Source: Polyangiales bacterium
Lineage (GTDB): Bacteria > Myxococcota_A > Polyangia > Polyangiales > Polyangiaceae
Assembly (NCBI GenBank): GCA_038231275.1
Contig: JBBRLQ010000018.1
Location: 130,504 to 194,503, forward strand
DNA length: 64,000 nucleotides
Direction: 5' to 3'
In this document: piece after piece, positions 1 to 11,400 of the stretch
Layout: the number at the start of each line of letters is the position of its first letter
How positions within the stretch are numbered: position 1 is the stretch's first letter
Made by a program: the position numbers and the translations under genes
The notes under the pieces: model-generated
The model's database searches: none
What the model was told of the DNA's origin: nothing
What the model saw: the letters and a program-made list of their open reading frames with translations, nothing else

Positions 1-1
1 C

Positions 2-1117
2 GACGCGCTCGCAGGCCTGCACTACGCGCACGAGCTCTGCGACTACGACGGCACGCCGATGAACGTCGTGCACCGCGACGTCAGCCCTCACAACGTCTTC
101 GTGACCTACCAAGGCGTCGTGAAGGTCGTCGACTTCGGGATCGCGAAGGCCGAGGGGCAGCTCTCGGTCACGATGATCGGAAACGTGAAGGGCAAGGTCC
201 ACTACATGTCGCCCGAGCACGCGACCGGGTGCCGAGTCGATCGGCGCGCGGACGTGTTCGCGGCAGGCGTCGTGCTGTGGGAGCTGCTCGCCGGGCGCCG
301 CTACTGGGAAGGCGAATCACAAGAGGCCGTGCTGCATCGCCTCGCGGCGCGCGCGATGCCGCCGGGACCTCGCGCCGTGAACGCGGACGTCCCCGAAGAC
401 ATCGATCACGTCGTCGCGCGCGCGACGGCGACGGACCTGGACCAGCGCTACGCAACCGCGGAGGAGATGCGCCTCGCGCTCGACGCGTGCCTTCCTGGTG
501 ACGTGGCGAGCGCGCGGGAGCTCGGTGTGCTCGCGTCGCAGCTGTTCGACGCGGAGCGCCTCGAAGTGCGCGCCCTCATCGAGCGTGCAGTGGAGCGCTC
601 GCGCGCGGCGGTCGCGGTGCCGCGCGCCGGGGCGGTGGCGATAGAGCACGGCGAGTCGACGGATGGGATCACGCTCGGCCCGCCGACCACCGTGCACGCG
701 CCTTCGGCCGTGCCATTGCGGGCGCCCCGCCAACCTCGATCTATCGTCGCCGTCGCGGGGGCCGTGGTCCTCGCGCTCGGCGCAGCGCTCTTCGTCGTCG
801 CGGTCCGACAGGCGCCTCCGGCGTCGCGCGCAGGGCGCTCGCTCGAGCCCGTAGGCGCGCGGGCCGTCGTGGAGCTCACGGCGGCGGAGACGCCCGAGAA
901 CCTGGAGCCGGCGCCGGTTGTCGTCGATCGGATCGCGAACCGGCTCGCCGTCCGCCCCAGGGCGACCTCGCACGAGTCTCAGGTCGCACGCGCCGTCCAA
1001 GCGCCCGAGCCCTCCGTGCCCGACGCGGGCGCCTCCTCCGACCCGCCTGTCCGTTCGAAACGCGTTCCAGGGGTGGACCTGACCGAAGATCCTTGGGACG
1101 CCGGCGCGAAGAGGTAG
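2..1117 (+). CDS. Ser/Thr protein kinase with C-terminal TM helix (5' end outside window)
   Basis: Frame open from base 2 (DALAGLHYAH...). Kinase motifs HRDVSPHN, DFGIAK, GKVHYMSPE, DVFAAG. Hydrophobic segment IVAVAGAVVLALGAALFVVAV. Confidence 0.92.
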   Translation, partial: DALAGLHYAHELCDYDGTPMNVVHRDVSPHNVFVTYQGVVKVVDFGIAKAEGQLSVTMIGNVKGKVHYMSPEHATGCRVDRRADVFAAGVVLWELLAGRRYWEGESQEAVLHRLAARAMPPGPRAVNADVPEDIDHVVARATATDLDQRYATAEEMRLALDACLPGDVASARELGVLASQLFDAERLEVRALIERAVERSRAAVAVPRAGAVAIEHGESTDGITLGPPTTVHAPSAVPLRAPRQPRSIVAVAGAVVLALGAALFVVAVRQAPPASRAGRSLEPVGARAVVELTAAETPENLEPAPVVVDRIANRLAVRPRATSHESQVARAVQAPEPSVPDAGASSDPPVRSKRVPGVDLTEDPWDAGAKR

Positions 1118-1131
1118 CTAGGCTTGGCGTC

Positions 1132-2268
1132 TTGAAGCCGACTCGACGCCTCGTCCTCACGTGCCTCTCCTCGCTCTTCCTCGGCGCCTGTGCGCACGAC
1201 GCCGCGCCGGTGAATAGCCCGACGTCCGCTCCGTGGACCGTCGATCCGTACGGCGAGCCCGCAGAGCCGGAGGTGCCGGTGAGTGACGTGCCGGCGCTCG
1301 ACACCGAGTATTACCTCGGCACGCGCGAGCAAGAGGCGGCGCAGTTCGCGGAGTTTGCCCGGCAAATCCAGGGGATCCAGCGAAGGCTCGCCGTCGAGCA
1401 CGGCCAACCCGTATCGCGCGGCTTTCACGCAAAATCGCACGCGTGCCTCCACGGGGAGCTGCGCCTCGAGCCGCACCGCTCGGCGCGCACGCGCTTCGGG
1501 CTCTTCGCGGACGGCCAGAACACGAAAGACGTCGTCGTCCGCTTCTCGAACGGCGTCGGCTTCCGCCAAGCCGACGGCGATCTCGACGCGCGCGGGATGG
1601 CGGTGAAGGTCTACGGCGTCGAGGGAAAGAAGTACATCGACGACGAGGCCGGCGACACGCAGGACTTCCTCATGACCAACACGCCGGTGCCGGTCGGGCG
1701 TGACGCGGTGGACTTCATGGAGTTCGCGCGCGCCAACACCGACGGGCGCATCGCGGCGCTCTTCTTCCTCGTGCGTCGCGCGTCGACCGTCGCCGAGGCG
1801 CTCTCGCGCACCAACCCGGTCAGCAGCGTGGTGACGACCCGCTACTGGAGTGGCAGCGCGTATCACCTCGGCGCGCACCAAGCGGTGAAGTTCTCCACGC
1901 GCCCCTGCGACCTCCGCCTCGTGCGCGACCCGCCGAAGGACGGCGACGACTATCTCCGCAAAGACCTCGTCGCCGCCGCTGCGCGCGACGGGGTGTGCAT
2001 GACGCTCTACGTGCAGCTCCAGACCGATCCGGAAGAGACCCCGATCGAGAACGCGTCGAAGATCTGGGACGAGACGAAATCGCCGCTCCTTCCCGTCGCC
2101 AAGATCGTGATGCCACCGCAGGCGATCGAGGACAGCGCGACCGCCGCGTGCGATCAGCTCGCCTTCACGCCGTGGCACTCGATTCCGGCGCACAAGCCGA
2201 TGGGGCACATCAATCGCGCGCGCCGCTATGTCTACGCGGCCAGCCAGGAGCTCCGCCGTGCCCATTGA
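1132..2268 (+). CDS. Catalase-related heme protein with lipoprotein-like signal
   Basis: RGFHAKSH distal His motif, VRFSNG, D.RGMAVK, QDFLMTN, LAFTPWH, and GHINRARRYVY with the proximal Tyr. Lipobox-like LFLGAC. TTG start at 1132 is inferred. Confidence 0.8.
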   Translation: MKPTRRLVLTCLSSLFLGACAHDAAPVNSPTSAPWTVDPYGEPAEPEVPVSDVPALDTEYYLGTREQEAAQFAEFARQIQGIQRRLAVEHGQPVSRGFHAKSHACLHGELRLEPHRSARTRFGLFADGQNTKDVVVRFSNGVGFRQADGDLDARGMAVKVYGVEGKKYIDDEAGDTQDFLMTNTPVPVGRDAVDFMEFARANTDGRIAALFFLVRRASTVAEALSRTNPVSSVVTTRYWSGSAYHLGAHQAVKFSTRPCDLRLVRDPPKDGDDYLRKDLVAAAARDGVCMTLYVQLQTDPEETPIENASKIWDETKSPLLPVAKIVMPPQAIEDSATAACDQLAFTPWHSIPAHKPMGHINRARRYVYAASQELRRAH

Positions 2269-2431
2269 TCAGCCGCCCACGGCTGCGTTGGCGTCGAACC
2301 GTGCGGGAATCGCTCGTAAATCATCCTTAAGAAAGACCAAAATCGGTCCCCCTCCGTCTAACCGGTAGAACCACGGCCCACCCGCCGGCGCTTGGGTGCC
2401 GGCAGCAAGCTGTGAGAAGCTACGGACCTCG

Positions 2432-4180
2432 ATGGAATGCCCCGCCTGTAAGACCCCGGTCGACGCCTCCCAGCGCTTTTGCCCGAAGTGCGGCGCGCTC
2501 CAGCCCTCGGCGGAGGCGGCGCCGGGTAGCTCGGCGGATCCGCTGATCGGCAGCGTCCTCGGCGGCCGCTACCGGATCGTCAAGCTCCTCGGCGAGGGCG
2601 GCATGGGCGCCGTCTACATCGGCGAGCAGCAGATGGGGACGAAGGTCCGCAAGGTCGCCGTCAAGACACTTCACCCGCACCTCTCGAAGGACCCCAAGGT
2701 GCAAGCGCGCTTCCAGCGCGAGGTCGGCACCATCGCGGAGCTCGAGCACCCGAACACGATCCAGGTCTACGACTTCGGCACGACCGAGGAGGGCATCCTC
2801 TATCTCGTCATGGAGTTCGTCGACGGCACCAACGTCGCCGACATCCTCGAGAAGCAGGGCGCCATGGAGCCCGGGCGCGTCGAGAAGATCATGACGCAGG
2901 TGTGCGGCTCCCTCGAGGAGGCGCACTCGCGCGGCATCATCCATCGCGATCTCAAGCCCGAGAACGTCGTGCTCACCGAGCGCGCGGGCTCGAAGGACTT
3001 CGTGAAGGTGCTCGACTTCGGGATCGCCAAGCGATCCAACGAAGAGGACAAGCAGGAGCAGAAGCTCACGCAGCAGGGCATGGTGCTCGGGACGCCGCCG
3101 TACATGAGCCCCGAGCAGTTCACGGGGCAGCCGATCGACAAGCGGAGCGACATCTATTCGCTCGGCGTGATGATGTACGAGATGCTCTGCGCGAAGCTGC
3201 CGTTCGAGGCGAACACCGCGTGGGAGTGGGCGACGCAGCACATGACGGTGCCGCCGCACGCGCTCGAGTCGACGCCGAACGGCGCCAAGGTGCCGCCGCG
3301 CATGCGGGCGGCGATCATGAAGGCGCTCGAGAAGAACAAAGAGAACCGCTGGTCGACGGTCCGCGAGTTCGCCGACGCGTTCGCAGGCGACGGGCCCGCC
3401 GTGTCGCGTCCCGGCACCGCGCCGCTCGCGGGCGTCGGCGCGCCGCCTTCGGTCACCGAGGGTAAGGGCAAGACGCAGATGGGCGAGCCGATGATGCCGC
3501 CCGCGGGCTTCGGCGGAGCGCCGCCGCCGTACACGCCGGGCCCGTCGCCGATGGGGATGGGGATGGGAATGGGCATGGGGCCCAACGTCGGCACGCCGTC
3601 GGCGGGGAATCACGCGGTCCCTGCGGTGGTCCCGCACGCGCCGGCGCGTGACACAGGCGGTGGCGGCGGGCGAACGGGCCTCATCGCGGCCATCGTCGTC
3701 ATCGGCCTCCTGAGCGTCGGCGCGCTCCTCTACACCTTCGTGCCGCACAACAAGGCGGTCGCAGGCGGGTTCGATTTCGACGGCGGTCCCGCCCAGGTCG
3801 ACGTCACGCCCACGAGCGCGCCCACCGACACGCCGCCGCCGGCGACGTCCGACACTGGCCTCGCTGCGCTCTCGAGCGGTGGGACGCCGCCGCCGCACGG
3901 TCAGCCCGGCCCGCATCCAGGTCACAAGGACGGCGGCACGAAGCCTCCGCCGACGCCGAGCGGCGGTGGCGTGACGCCTCCTCCGACCCCGCCGCCGACG
4001 CCTCCTCCGACCCCACCGCCGACGCCTCCTCCGACCCCGCCGCCCGCGGCCGATCCGCAGGAGTGCCAGGATGCCCGGCGCCTCATGAACCACCCGTCCC
4101 TGAAGACGGATCCCGCGCTTCAGGCCGTTTTTCAGCAAAAGCGCGCGATCTGCATCCAAAAGACCGGCCACTTTCCCTGA
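2432..4180 (+). CDS. Ser/Thr kinase with N-terminal zinc ribbon, TM helix and Pro-rich extracellular tail
   Basis: CPAC...[42 protein letters not shown] segment [20 protein letters not shown], followed by TPPP repeats. Confidence 0.93.
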   Translation: MECPACKTPVDASQRFCPKCGALQPSAEAAPGSSADPLIGSVLGGRYRIVKLLGEGGMGAVYIGEQQMGTKVRKVAVKTLHPHLSKDPKVQARFQREVGTIAELEHPNTIQVYDFGTTEEGILYLVMEFVDGTNVADILEKQGAMEPGRVEKIMTQVCGSLEEAHSRGIIHRDLKPENVVLTERAGSKDFVKVLDFGIAKRSNEEDKQEQKLTQQGMVLGTPPYMSPEQFTGQPIDKRSDIYSLGVMMYEMLCAKLPFEANTAWEWATQHMTVPPHALESTPNGAKVPPRMRAAIMKALEKNKENRWSTVREFADAFAGDGPAVSRPGTAPLAGVGAPPSVTEGKGKTQMGEPMMPPAGFGGAPPPYTPGPSPMGMGMGMGMGPNVGTPSAGNHAVPAVVPHAPARDTGGGGGRTGLIAAIVVIGLLSVGALLYTFVPHNKAVAGGFDFDGGPAQVDVTPTSAPTDTPPPATSDTGLAALSSGGTPPPHGQPGPHPGHKDGGTKPPPTPSGGGVTPPPTPPPTPPPTPPPTPPPTPPPAADPQECQDARRLMNHPSLKTDPALQAVFQQKRAICIQKTGHFP

Positions 4181-4226
4181 GCGCGGGCGCGCCATCGCGC
4201 GCGCCGTTCGCTATGCTCATGGTGGG

Positions 4227-6623
4227 ATGAGCGACGGAAAGTCCGAGGAGGAGATCGTCGCGGCGCCCACGATGGTGGCCGACGGGCCGGCGACCGAGTT
4301 CGGCTCGCCCCTCACGCGCACGGTCCTGGCGGGGCGCTACGAGATCGAGGCGCTCATCGGCTCGGGCGGCATGGGCACCGTCTACCGCGCGCGCGATCGC
4401 GAGCTCGACGAGCGGGTCGCCCTCAAGATGTTGAGCCGCGCCCTCGTGAGCGCGCCAGCGATGCTCGCGCGCTTCCGGCAGGAGGTGAAGCTCGCGCGCC
4501 GCGTTACCCACCGCAACATCGCCCGCATGTTCGACATCGGCGATCACGACGGAGACAAGTTCCTCACGATGGAGCTGGTCGATGGGGAGTCCTTGGCCAC
4601 CATTGCCGCGCGCGAGCGGGCCATGAAGCTGCCGCGCGTCGTGAAGATCATCGAAGCGCTGTGCGAAGGGCTCGCGGCGGCCCACGCCGTCGGGGTGATC
4701 CATCGCGATCTGAAGCCCGACAACGTCCTCGTCGCGAGGGACGGACGTGTCGTGATCACCGATTTTGGCATCGCGCGCCTCTCGAGCGGCGACGCCATCA
4801 AGACGCTGGGCCTCCCGGTCGGGACCCCGGCCTACATGGCGCCGGAGCAAGTGGAGGGGTCGAGCGACGTCGACGCGCGCGCCGACATCTACGCGCTCGG
4901 AGCGCTCCTGTTCGAGCTGCTCACGGGTGAGCGCGCCTGGCCCGGCGAGTCCATTTACCAGGTCGCCGCCGCTCGCCTCGTGCAGCCGCCGCCGAACCCT
5001 CGAGACCGCCGATCGGACGTGCCCGAGCCGGTCGCGGCGATCGTGATGCAATGCATGGCGCGAAGGCGCGAGGACCGCTTCGCCTCGGCGAGCGAGGTCG
5101 CCGCTGCGCTCTCGGCGTTGACGCTGCCCGCGACGTCGATCACGCCGACGTCGGCTACCGTGGTGGTCCGCTCGAGGCCGCCCTCGCCGCCGACCGCGCC
5201 CACGCCGGATGGCATCAAGACGGTGGCGGTCCTCCCTCTTCGAAACGCAGGCCCGCCGGAGGACGACTACCTCGCCGACGGCCTCACCGACGATCTCATC
5301 GACACGCTCAGCATGGGCAAGGGGCTGCGCGTTCGATCGCGCGGCGCGGTCTTCCGCTTCAAGGGCGGGGAGCGCGACCCGCGCGACGTCGGGCGAGAGC
5401 TCGAGGTGCAGGTCGTCGTCGACGGCTCGGTTCGCCGCGTAGGGGAGCTGCTTCGTGTGAGCGTGCACGTCGTCAGCGTCGCCGACGGCTTCCAGCTGTG
5501 GGCAAAGCGCTTCGAGCGCCCGGTCACGGAGCTCCTCAACGTCGGTGACGAGGTGGCGAGCGCTCTGTGCGACGCGCTCCTCCTGCAGTACCGAGCCCCT
5601 GCGCGCGACGGGGGCCTCGACCCGATCGCGATGGATCTACTCCTCCGCGCTCGCCACGAGTACCACCAGATGTGGCGGGACTCGAACAATCGCGCCGTCA
5701 ACTTCCTCGAGCAGGCGCTCGCGCGCGCGCCTTCGTCTCCGGAGATCTTGAACGCGCTGGCCATCGCCCTTTGCCGCCGCTTCGCCTTCGACGATTTCGC
5801 CGAGAACGCGGCAGATCGCGTGCTCTCCCTGGCGGGGCGCTCGCTCACGCTCCTGCCGGACCGCGGCGAGCCACACGTCGCCATCGCGAGCATTCGCATC
5901 AACATGGGCGATGCGGTCGGCGGCGCGAACGAGCTGCGGCGCGCGATCCAGCTCTCCCCGCGGAGCCCCGACGCCAACGAGCTCTACGGGCGCCTCTTGT
6001 GCGAGGTGGGGCGCACCGAAGAAGGGATCGCGCGCGGTCAGCTCGCGATGACCCTGGAGCCCGGGCTCGAGGGCATCCGCTTCGAGGTGGCCCGCGTCCG
6101 CGCGCTCGAGGGCAACTGGGGCGAGGCGGACGCGATCTTCGCCAAGTTCCCGGAGGGGCTGATGGCGAACGTGTACTGGATCTCGCGCTGGCGCGTCGTC
6201 TTCTGGAAGGAGGATCGGAAGCTCGCGGCGCGCCTCTTGGAGCTCGTCTCCGCGCAGGAGTTCGGCATCAAGCACGCGGTCATCGGCATGCTGTCCACGT
6301 GCGTCCATGGCTTCGCCCCGCCGGAGCTCCTCCTCGAGCTCGACTCCCGCGCCCACGCCGGTCGCGCGCTCCGCCGTCGCGCCTTCTTCCGCCAGCTCAA
6401 GGCCGAGGTGCTCGCGTACACGAACGACGTCGAGGGAGCGCTCGTCGCGCTCGTGGAGTCGGAGGAGGCGGGTCTCTTCGACGTCTTCTGGCTCGATCGC
6501 TGTCCGTTGTTCGACAAGATGCGCAAGGAGCCGCGGTTCATCGCCGTTCGCGACAAAGTGCAGGCACGCGCCTCCGAGGTGCTCGGTGCGCTCATGACGC
6601 CGACGGGGCTAGTCGGCTCATGA
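4227..6623 (+). CDS. Ser/Thr kinase with TolB-like and TPR C-terminal region
   Basis: GSGGMG, VALK, HRDLKPDN, DFGIAR, GTPAYMAPE. The segment VAVLPLRN...YLADGLTDDLIDTLS...VRSRGAVFRFKG is followed by TPR-like helices. Confidence 0.92.
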   Translation: MSDGKSEEEIVAAPTMVADGPATEFGSPLTRTVLAGRYEIEALIGSGGMGTVYRARDRELDERVALKMLSRALVSAPAMLARFRQEVKLARRVTHRNIARMFDIGDHDGDKFLTMELVDGESLATIAARERAMKLPRVVKIIEALCEGLAAAHAVGVIHRDLKPDNVLVARDGRVVITDFGIARLSSGDAIKTLGLPVGTPAYMAPEQVEGSSDVDARADIYALGALLFELLTGERAWPGESIYQVAAARLVQPPPNPRDRRSDVPEPVAAIVMQCMARRREDRFASASEVAAALSALTLPATSITPTSATVVVRSRPPSPPTAPTPDGIKTVAVLPLRNAGPPEDDYLADGLTDDLIDTLSMGKGLRVRSRGAVFRFKGGERDPRDVGRELEVQVVVDGSVRRVGELLRVSVHVVSVADGFQLWAKRFERPVTELLNVGDEVASALCDALLLQYRAPARDGGLDPIAMDLLLRARHEYHQMWRDSNNRAVNFLEQALARAPSSPEILNALAIALCRRFAFDDFAENAADRVLSLAGRSLTLLPDRGEPHVAIASIRINMGDAVGGANELRRAIQLSPRSPDANELYGRLLCEVGRTEEGIARGQLAMTLEPGLEGIRFEVARVRALEGNWGEADAIFAKFPEGLMANVYWISRWRVVFWKEDRKLAARLLELVSAQEFGIKHAVIGMLSTCVHGFAPPELLLELDSRAHAGRALRRRAFFRQLKAEVLAYTNDVEGALVALVESEEAGLFDVFWLDRCPLFDKMRKEPRFIAVRDKVQARASEVLGALMTPTGLVGS

Positions 6624-7344
6624 AGCGACGCGCGAAGAGGTACGCGTCGCCCGGCCATCGCGCGGAGACGTAGCGTCCGTCCTCGACCACGAACGCCGGT
6701 CCATCATCGTCGCGCGTGCCGCGTGCGCTGAGCGTGCGAGGGCCGCGCACGAAATCGGCCGGGGAGGCGAGGCTCTCCACGACCTCGTCCTCCACGTACG
6801 CGGGGTACGTTCGGTAGTAGGTCCCGAGCTTCCAGAACGTCAGAAAATAGGCCGAACGCTCCATGTATTTGGGGAGGCACGTCGTGCGCGTGCCCGCGAG
6901 GAGGCCCTTGCCGGTCTTGGGATCCTTCGCGCGCGCGAGGACGAGGACGCCGTGGCAGATGGCGCCCACCGGCCGCCCCAAAGCCCAGAACGCCGCCACC
7001 TTCTGCGCGAGCTCGTCGCTCGCGAGGTACTGCTTCATCCCTGGTGCGTGCCCACCGGGGAGCAGGAGCCCGTCGTACGCCGCGACGTCGAGATCGCGCC
7101 ACGCGAGGGGCCTCTGGAACGCCGCGTCCTTGGTGAGCGCGGCGTAGAAGTCCTTCGGCTCGGCATCGGCGCCGAGCTTCCCGAAGAGCACGCCGGTGAG
7201 CAGGAGCGGATCGGTGGCAGGCGCGTTTCCGCCGTTCTCCGTCGCGAAGACGACCTCGTGGCCGGCCTCGGTGAGCAGGCGCCACGGCACGCTGACCTCG
7301 GTCGTGTCGAAGTCGCGATCGGGGAGCGGGACGAGGACGCGCAT
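6592..7344 (-). CDS. DJ-1/PfpI (class I glutamine amidotransferase-like) protein
   Basis: DFDTTEVSVPW, YDGLLLPGGH, GAICHG nucleophile elbow, SARWPGD. Convergent overlap with the 3' end of the kinase gene. Confidence 0.88.
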   Translation of the reverse strand: MRVLVPLPDRDFDTTEVSVPWRLLTEAGHEVVFATENGGNAPATDPLLLTGVLFGKLGADAEPKDFYAALTKDAAFQRPLAWRDLDVAAYDGLLLPGGHAPGMKQYLASDELAQKVAAFWALGRPVGAICHGVLVLARAKDPKTGKGLLAGTRTTCLPKYMERSAYFLTFWKLGTYYRTYPAYVEDEVVESLASPADFVRGPRTLSARGTRDDDGPAFVVEDGRYVSARWPGDAYLFARRFMSRLAPSAS

Positions 7345-7399
7345 GCGCGGCAGGATAGCGGCTAACGGTGCAGCTGCAGTAGTGCCAAGCTCGCCGGGA

Positions 7400-8470
7400 T
7401 CATTCCCGCACGAACACGCCGTCGCCGGACGTCGAGACGACCACGTCGCCGTCGCGCGCAGTGGCCCATAGATTGTCGCTCGATCGCGCGTCGACCCAGT
7501 CGGCCGGCGTCGCGCGCGCGCACCTCGCGCCGTCGAAGGCCCGGAGCGTCTTGGCGCCGGGCCCGCCGAGGATCTTCGTGAGTCGCTCGACGACGATCGC
7601 GCGCGGGTGGCAGTAGTCGGCGTTGAGCCCTTCGTCGGGGCGCCCCGCGGAGATCACGGCGTAGCGTGGGCGCACGCGCGACAAGAAGCCCGGCGTGGTC
7701 GACGTCTCGCTCCCGTGATGGCCGACTTGGAGCAGCGTCGCCGGGGCCAGCGCGCCGAGCCGCGCCTCTTCGTCGTGCTCGGCGTCCCCCGTGAAGAGCA
7801 CGCTCGACCTGCAATAGTCCACGCGGAGGAGGATCGAGCACGCGTTCGCGTCGTGCGCGCAGGAGGGCGGCCAGGACGCGGGCACGACCGGCGTGACGCG
7901 CACGTCTCCGGCTGCGGGCGTGGGGAGCGGCGACTCCGGGTGGTCCGGATCGACGACGACCTTGCGCGCGCCGTGGGTACCAGCTGCCAGGTGCGCGCGC
8001 CGCACCTCGGCCTTTCGCTCGTCTTTGCCATTGTCCGCGTAGACAGCCACCTTGAACGCGCCCATCACTTCGGGCGCGCCGCCGATGTGATCGGAGTGCT
8101 GGTGCGTGATCCACAAAAGATCGAGCGGCGCGCCGTGGAGATCTGCGCGCAGCTTGTCGAGCAGGTCCTTGTGCTTGTTCGCGCACACGTCGCCGCAGCC
8201 CGAGCGCGCAGGGCTGTCGCCGGTGTCGACGAGGACGTGACGGCCATCGGGCAGGTCGACGAGCGCCGCGAGCGCTTGACCGACGTCGTAGAAGTGAACG
8301 CGAAGGCGCTGTCCGCTCGCGCCGCACGAAGGTCCCGGCGGAGGCTCCGTCGGTGGCGGCGGAGTCGAAGGAGGAGGCACCACCACCGGCGGCGGCGCGG
8401 TCCCGATTCCGGCGCTCGTGCACGCCGCCCCGAGCCCGACGAGGAGCGCCGCAAGCGCGCGAACGTTCAC
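7400..8470 (-). CDS. ComEC-like metallo-beta-lactamase-fold hydrolase, lipoprotein
   Basis: DVGQA, LVDTG, THQHSDHIGG (HxHxDH), LFTGDA, VGHHGS, HP. Lipobox LGAAC. GTG start overlaps the mfd stop (GTGA). Confidence 0.85.
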   Translation of the reverse strand: MNVRALAALLVGLGAACTSAGIGTAPPPVVVPPPSTPPPPTEPPPGPSCGASGQRLRVHFYDVGQALAALVDLPDGRHVLVDTGDSPARSGCGDVCANKHKDLLDKLRADLHGAPLDLLWITHQHSDHIGGAPEVMGAFKVAVYADNGKDERKAEVRRAHLAAGTHGARKVVVDPDHPESPLPTPAAGDVRVTPVVPASWPPSCAHDANACSILLRVDYCRSSVLFTGDAEHDEEARLGALAPATLLQVGHHGSETSTTPGFLSRVRPRYAVISAGRPDEGLNADYCHPRAIVVERLTKILGGPGAKTLRAFDGARCARATPADWVDARSSDNLWATARDGDVVVSTSGDGVFVRE

Positions 8471-11400
8471 GCGTCGTCCCTCTGGCACTTCGCGAGCTCG
8501 GCGAGCACCGTCTCGGCGTTGGTAAGCCCGTTGCGCTCGCCGTCGAAGCGTCGCGAAAGGCGCATGTCGGGCGTGAGGCGGTACGCGCTCCCCTTCGCGC
8601 GGACGAGCGCGAGGACCTTCGCCGGATCGAGCGGCGTGTCCTCCCGCAAGTGGAGTGTCACGCCGCGCGCGTGCGCCTCGCAGCCGAGCGCTTTCAGGCG
8701 TCGTAGCTCGGTCTTGAGGCTCATCAGCTGCACGAGGCGCCGTGCCTCTTCAGGCGGCGGGCCGAAGCGGTTCTCCATCTCCTCCCCGAGCTCCGACACG
8801 GCGGTCTCGTCGAGGGCGCTGGCGAGGCGCTTGTACAAGGAGAGGCGCACGCCGACGTCGCCGACGTAGTCCTCGGGCAAGAGCGCGGCGACGTCGAAGG
8901 AGAGCTCGGTGTCGACGTCGTGGACGACGGGTTCGCCGCGCAGCTCGTGCACCGCCTCCTCGAGCATCTGGCAAAAGAGATCGAAGCCTACGCTCGCCAC
9001 GTTGCCGCTCTGTTCGCCGCCCAGCAAATCCCCGGCGCCGCGCAGCTCCAAGTCGAGGCTCGCGATCTTGAATCCGCTCCCGAGCTCGGTGTGGCGCTCG
9101 AGGGCGTCGATGCGTGAGCGAGCCTCGTCGCTCATCGCGTTGGGCGGCGGCACCACGAGGTAGCAGTACGCGCGCTCCTTGCTTCGTCCGACGCGCCCGC
9201 GGAGCTGATAGAGCTGCGCGAGGCCGAACAAATCCGCGCGATCGATGATCATCGTGTTCGCGCGCGGGATGTCGAGGCCGCTCTCGATGATGGCGGTGGC
9301 CACGAGCACGTCGTACCGGCCCTCGACGAAGTCGACCATCGTCTTCTCGAGCGTCCCCTGCGACTCGTCTTTGCCGCCGCCCTTCAGCGTCATTTGCCCG
9401 TGCCCGACGCAGATGCGCGCCTCCGGAACGAGCTGCGCGAGGCGCTGCGCGCGCTCGTAGAGCCCCTCGATGCGGTTGTAGACGTAGAAGACCTGCCCGC
9501 CGCGCGACAGCTCCCGCGAGACCGCCTCGCGGATGACCTGTTCGTCGAAGCTCGTCACGATCGTGCGCACCGCGCGGCGATCGGTCGGCGGCGTGGTGAT
9601 GAGCGAGAGATCGCGCAGGCCGCTCACCGCCATCTGGAGCGTGCGCGGGATCGGCGTCGCCGTCAGGGTCAGCACGTCGACGGCGGTGCGCAGCTGCTTG
9701 ATGCGCTCCTTGTGCGCGACGCCGAAGCGCTGCTCTTCGTCGACGACGAGGAGCCCGAGGTTCCGGAAGTGGACGTCCTTGGAGAGGAGGCGATGCGTCC
9801 CGATGACGACGTCGACCTTGCCGTCCTTGAGCATCGCGAGGGTCTCGTCTTGCTCCTTCTTGGTTTGGAAGCGGCTCATCGCGCGCATGGTGAGCGGGTA
9901 GCCTTGCATGCGCCCCTCGAAGACGCGGAAGTGCTGCTGGGCGAGGACCGTGGTGGGGCACAAGAGGGCGACCTGCTTGCCGCTCATCGCGACGCGGAAC
10001 GCGGCGCGCACGGCGACCTCCGTCTTGCCGAAGCCGACGTCACCGCACACCAGCCGATCCATCGGGCGCGGCGTCTCCAGGTCGCGGTTCACGTCGACGA
10101 TGGCTTTGGCTTGGTCGGGCGTCTCGTCGAAGGGGAAGGTCGCCTCGAAGGCGCGGTAGTCGTCGTCGGCGGGATCGAGCGCGTCGCCGGGCTGCGCCTG
10201 GCGCTCCGCGTAGAGGCGGAGCAGCTCGTCGGCCATCTGCCGAACGGCCTTTTTTACGCGCGATTTCGTCTTCGCGAACGTCGCGCCGCCAAGGCGATCG
10301 AGCTTGGGCTCGGCCGCCTCGCCGCCCGAGTACTTCTGGATCTGGTTCAGGCGATAGACGGGCAAGTACAGCTTGTCGCCGCCCGCGTACTCGACGACGA
10401 GGAGATCCACCGTCAGCGTTCCGACCTGTTTGTGGACGAGACCGTGGTAGCGCCCGACGCCGTGCTCGACGTGGACCACCAGATCGCCGACGCCGAGCGA
10501 GCGCAGATCTTCGAGGAAGGTGCGCGCGGTGCCTTCGGTCTTTCGTTCGCGGCGGCGGTGCGCGCGTCCGCCGAACACCTCCTCCTCGGTGACGAGCACC
10601 AGGCCGTCGGCGGGCAACATCACGCCGCGCGAGAGGGCGCCGACGACGATCTGTGCGCCGTCGCTCGCTGGCTCGTCGAGCCACGCGGGATCGAAGACGC
10701 CGAGGCGCGCGCGGCAGGCGACTCCCTGATGGCGGAGGAGCGCCGTGAGCCGCTCGGCCTGCGTCTCCGCGCGCGCCGTGACGAAGACCTTGAGCCCGTG
10801 GCCACGCCAGTGCGCGATTCGCAGCGCGAGCGGGAGGAGCGTGCCGGTCTTTCCCTTTGTGCCACGCGCCGCCTTTACCGCGCGCTCGAGATCCTGGTGA
10901 TCGCGCGCGGCGAGATCGAGGGGCTCGTCGACCGTCTCGTAGCGCGCGAGGCCGGCGGCGTCGGCGCCGTGGATGGGCGTTCGGTGGATCGGTACGACCG
11001 CGCGCGTCGCGAGCGTCGACGAGAGCTCGGTCTCGGTGTCGAAGAAGGCCGGCGCGGGAAAATGCGGCTCGCTCCCCTTCGCGGCGACGTCCTCCTCCGC
11101 GCGGGCCAGCTCCGCGCGAAAGGCGCGCGTGAGGAGCGGCGGATCGGCGAGCGCCACGATCGCGCGGGGATCGACGTAGCCGAGGAGCGGCTCGAGGGCG
11201 TCGTAGTACGCAGGCAAGAAGCCCTCGGCACCGAAGAACCCGCGCGCCGTCGCCACGTCGTCGACGAGCGCCCGGGCCCGGGTGGTAGGCAGATCGATCG
11301 CGTCGCACATCTCCTGAACCGCGCTTTTGGCCCGCGCGGCCGCCTCGCGCGTCAGGATGGCCTCGCGCGCAGGTGGTAGCCAGATCTCGCGCAGGACGCC

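Noticed and set aside
3960..4045. 12-bp periodic repeats resembling an array
   Set aside because: They encode in-frame TPPP repeats in the kinase tail. There are no unique spacers and no cas genes, so this is not CRISPR.
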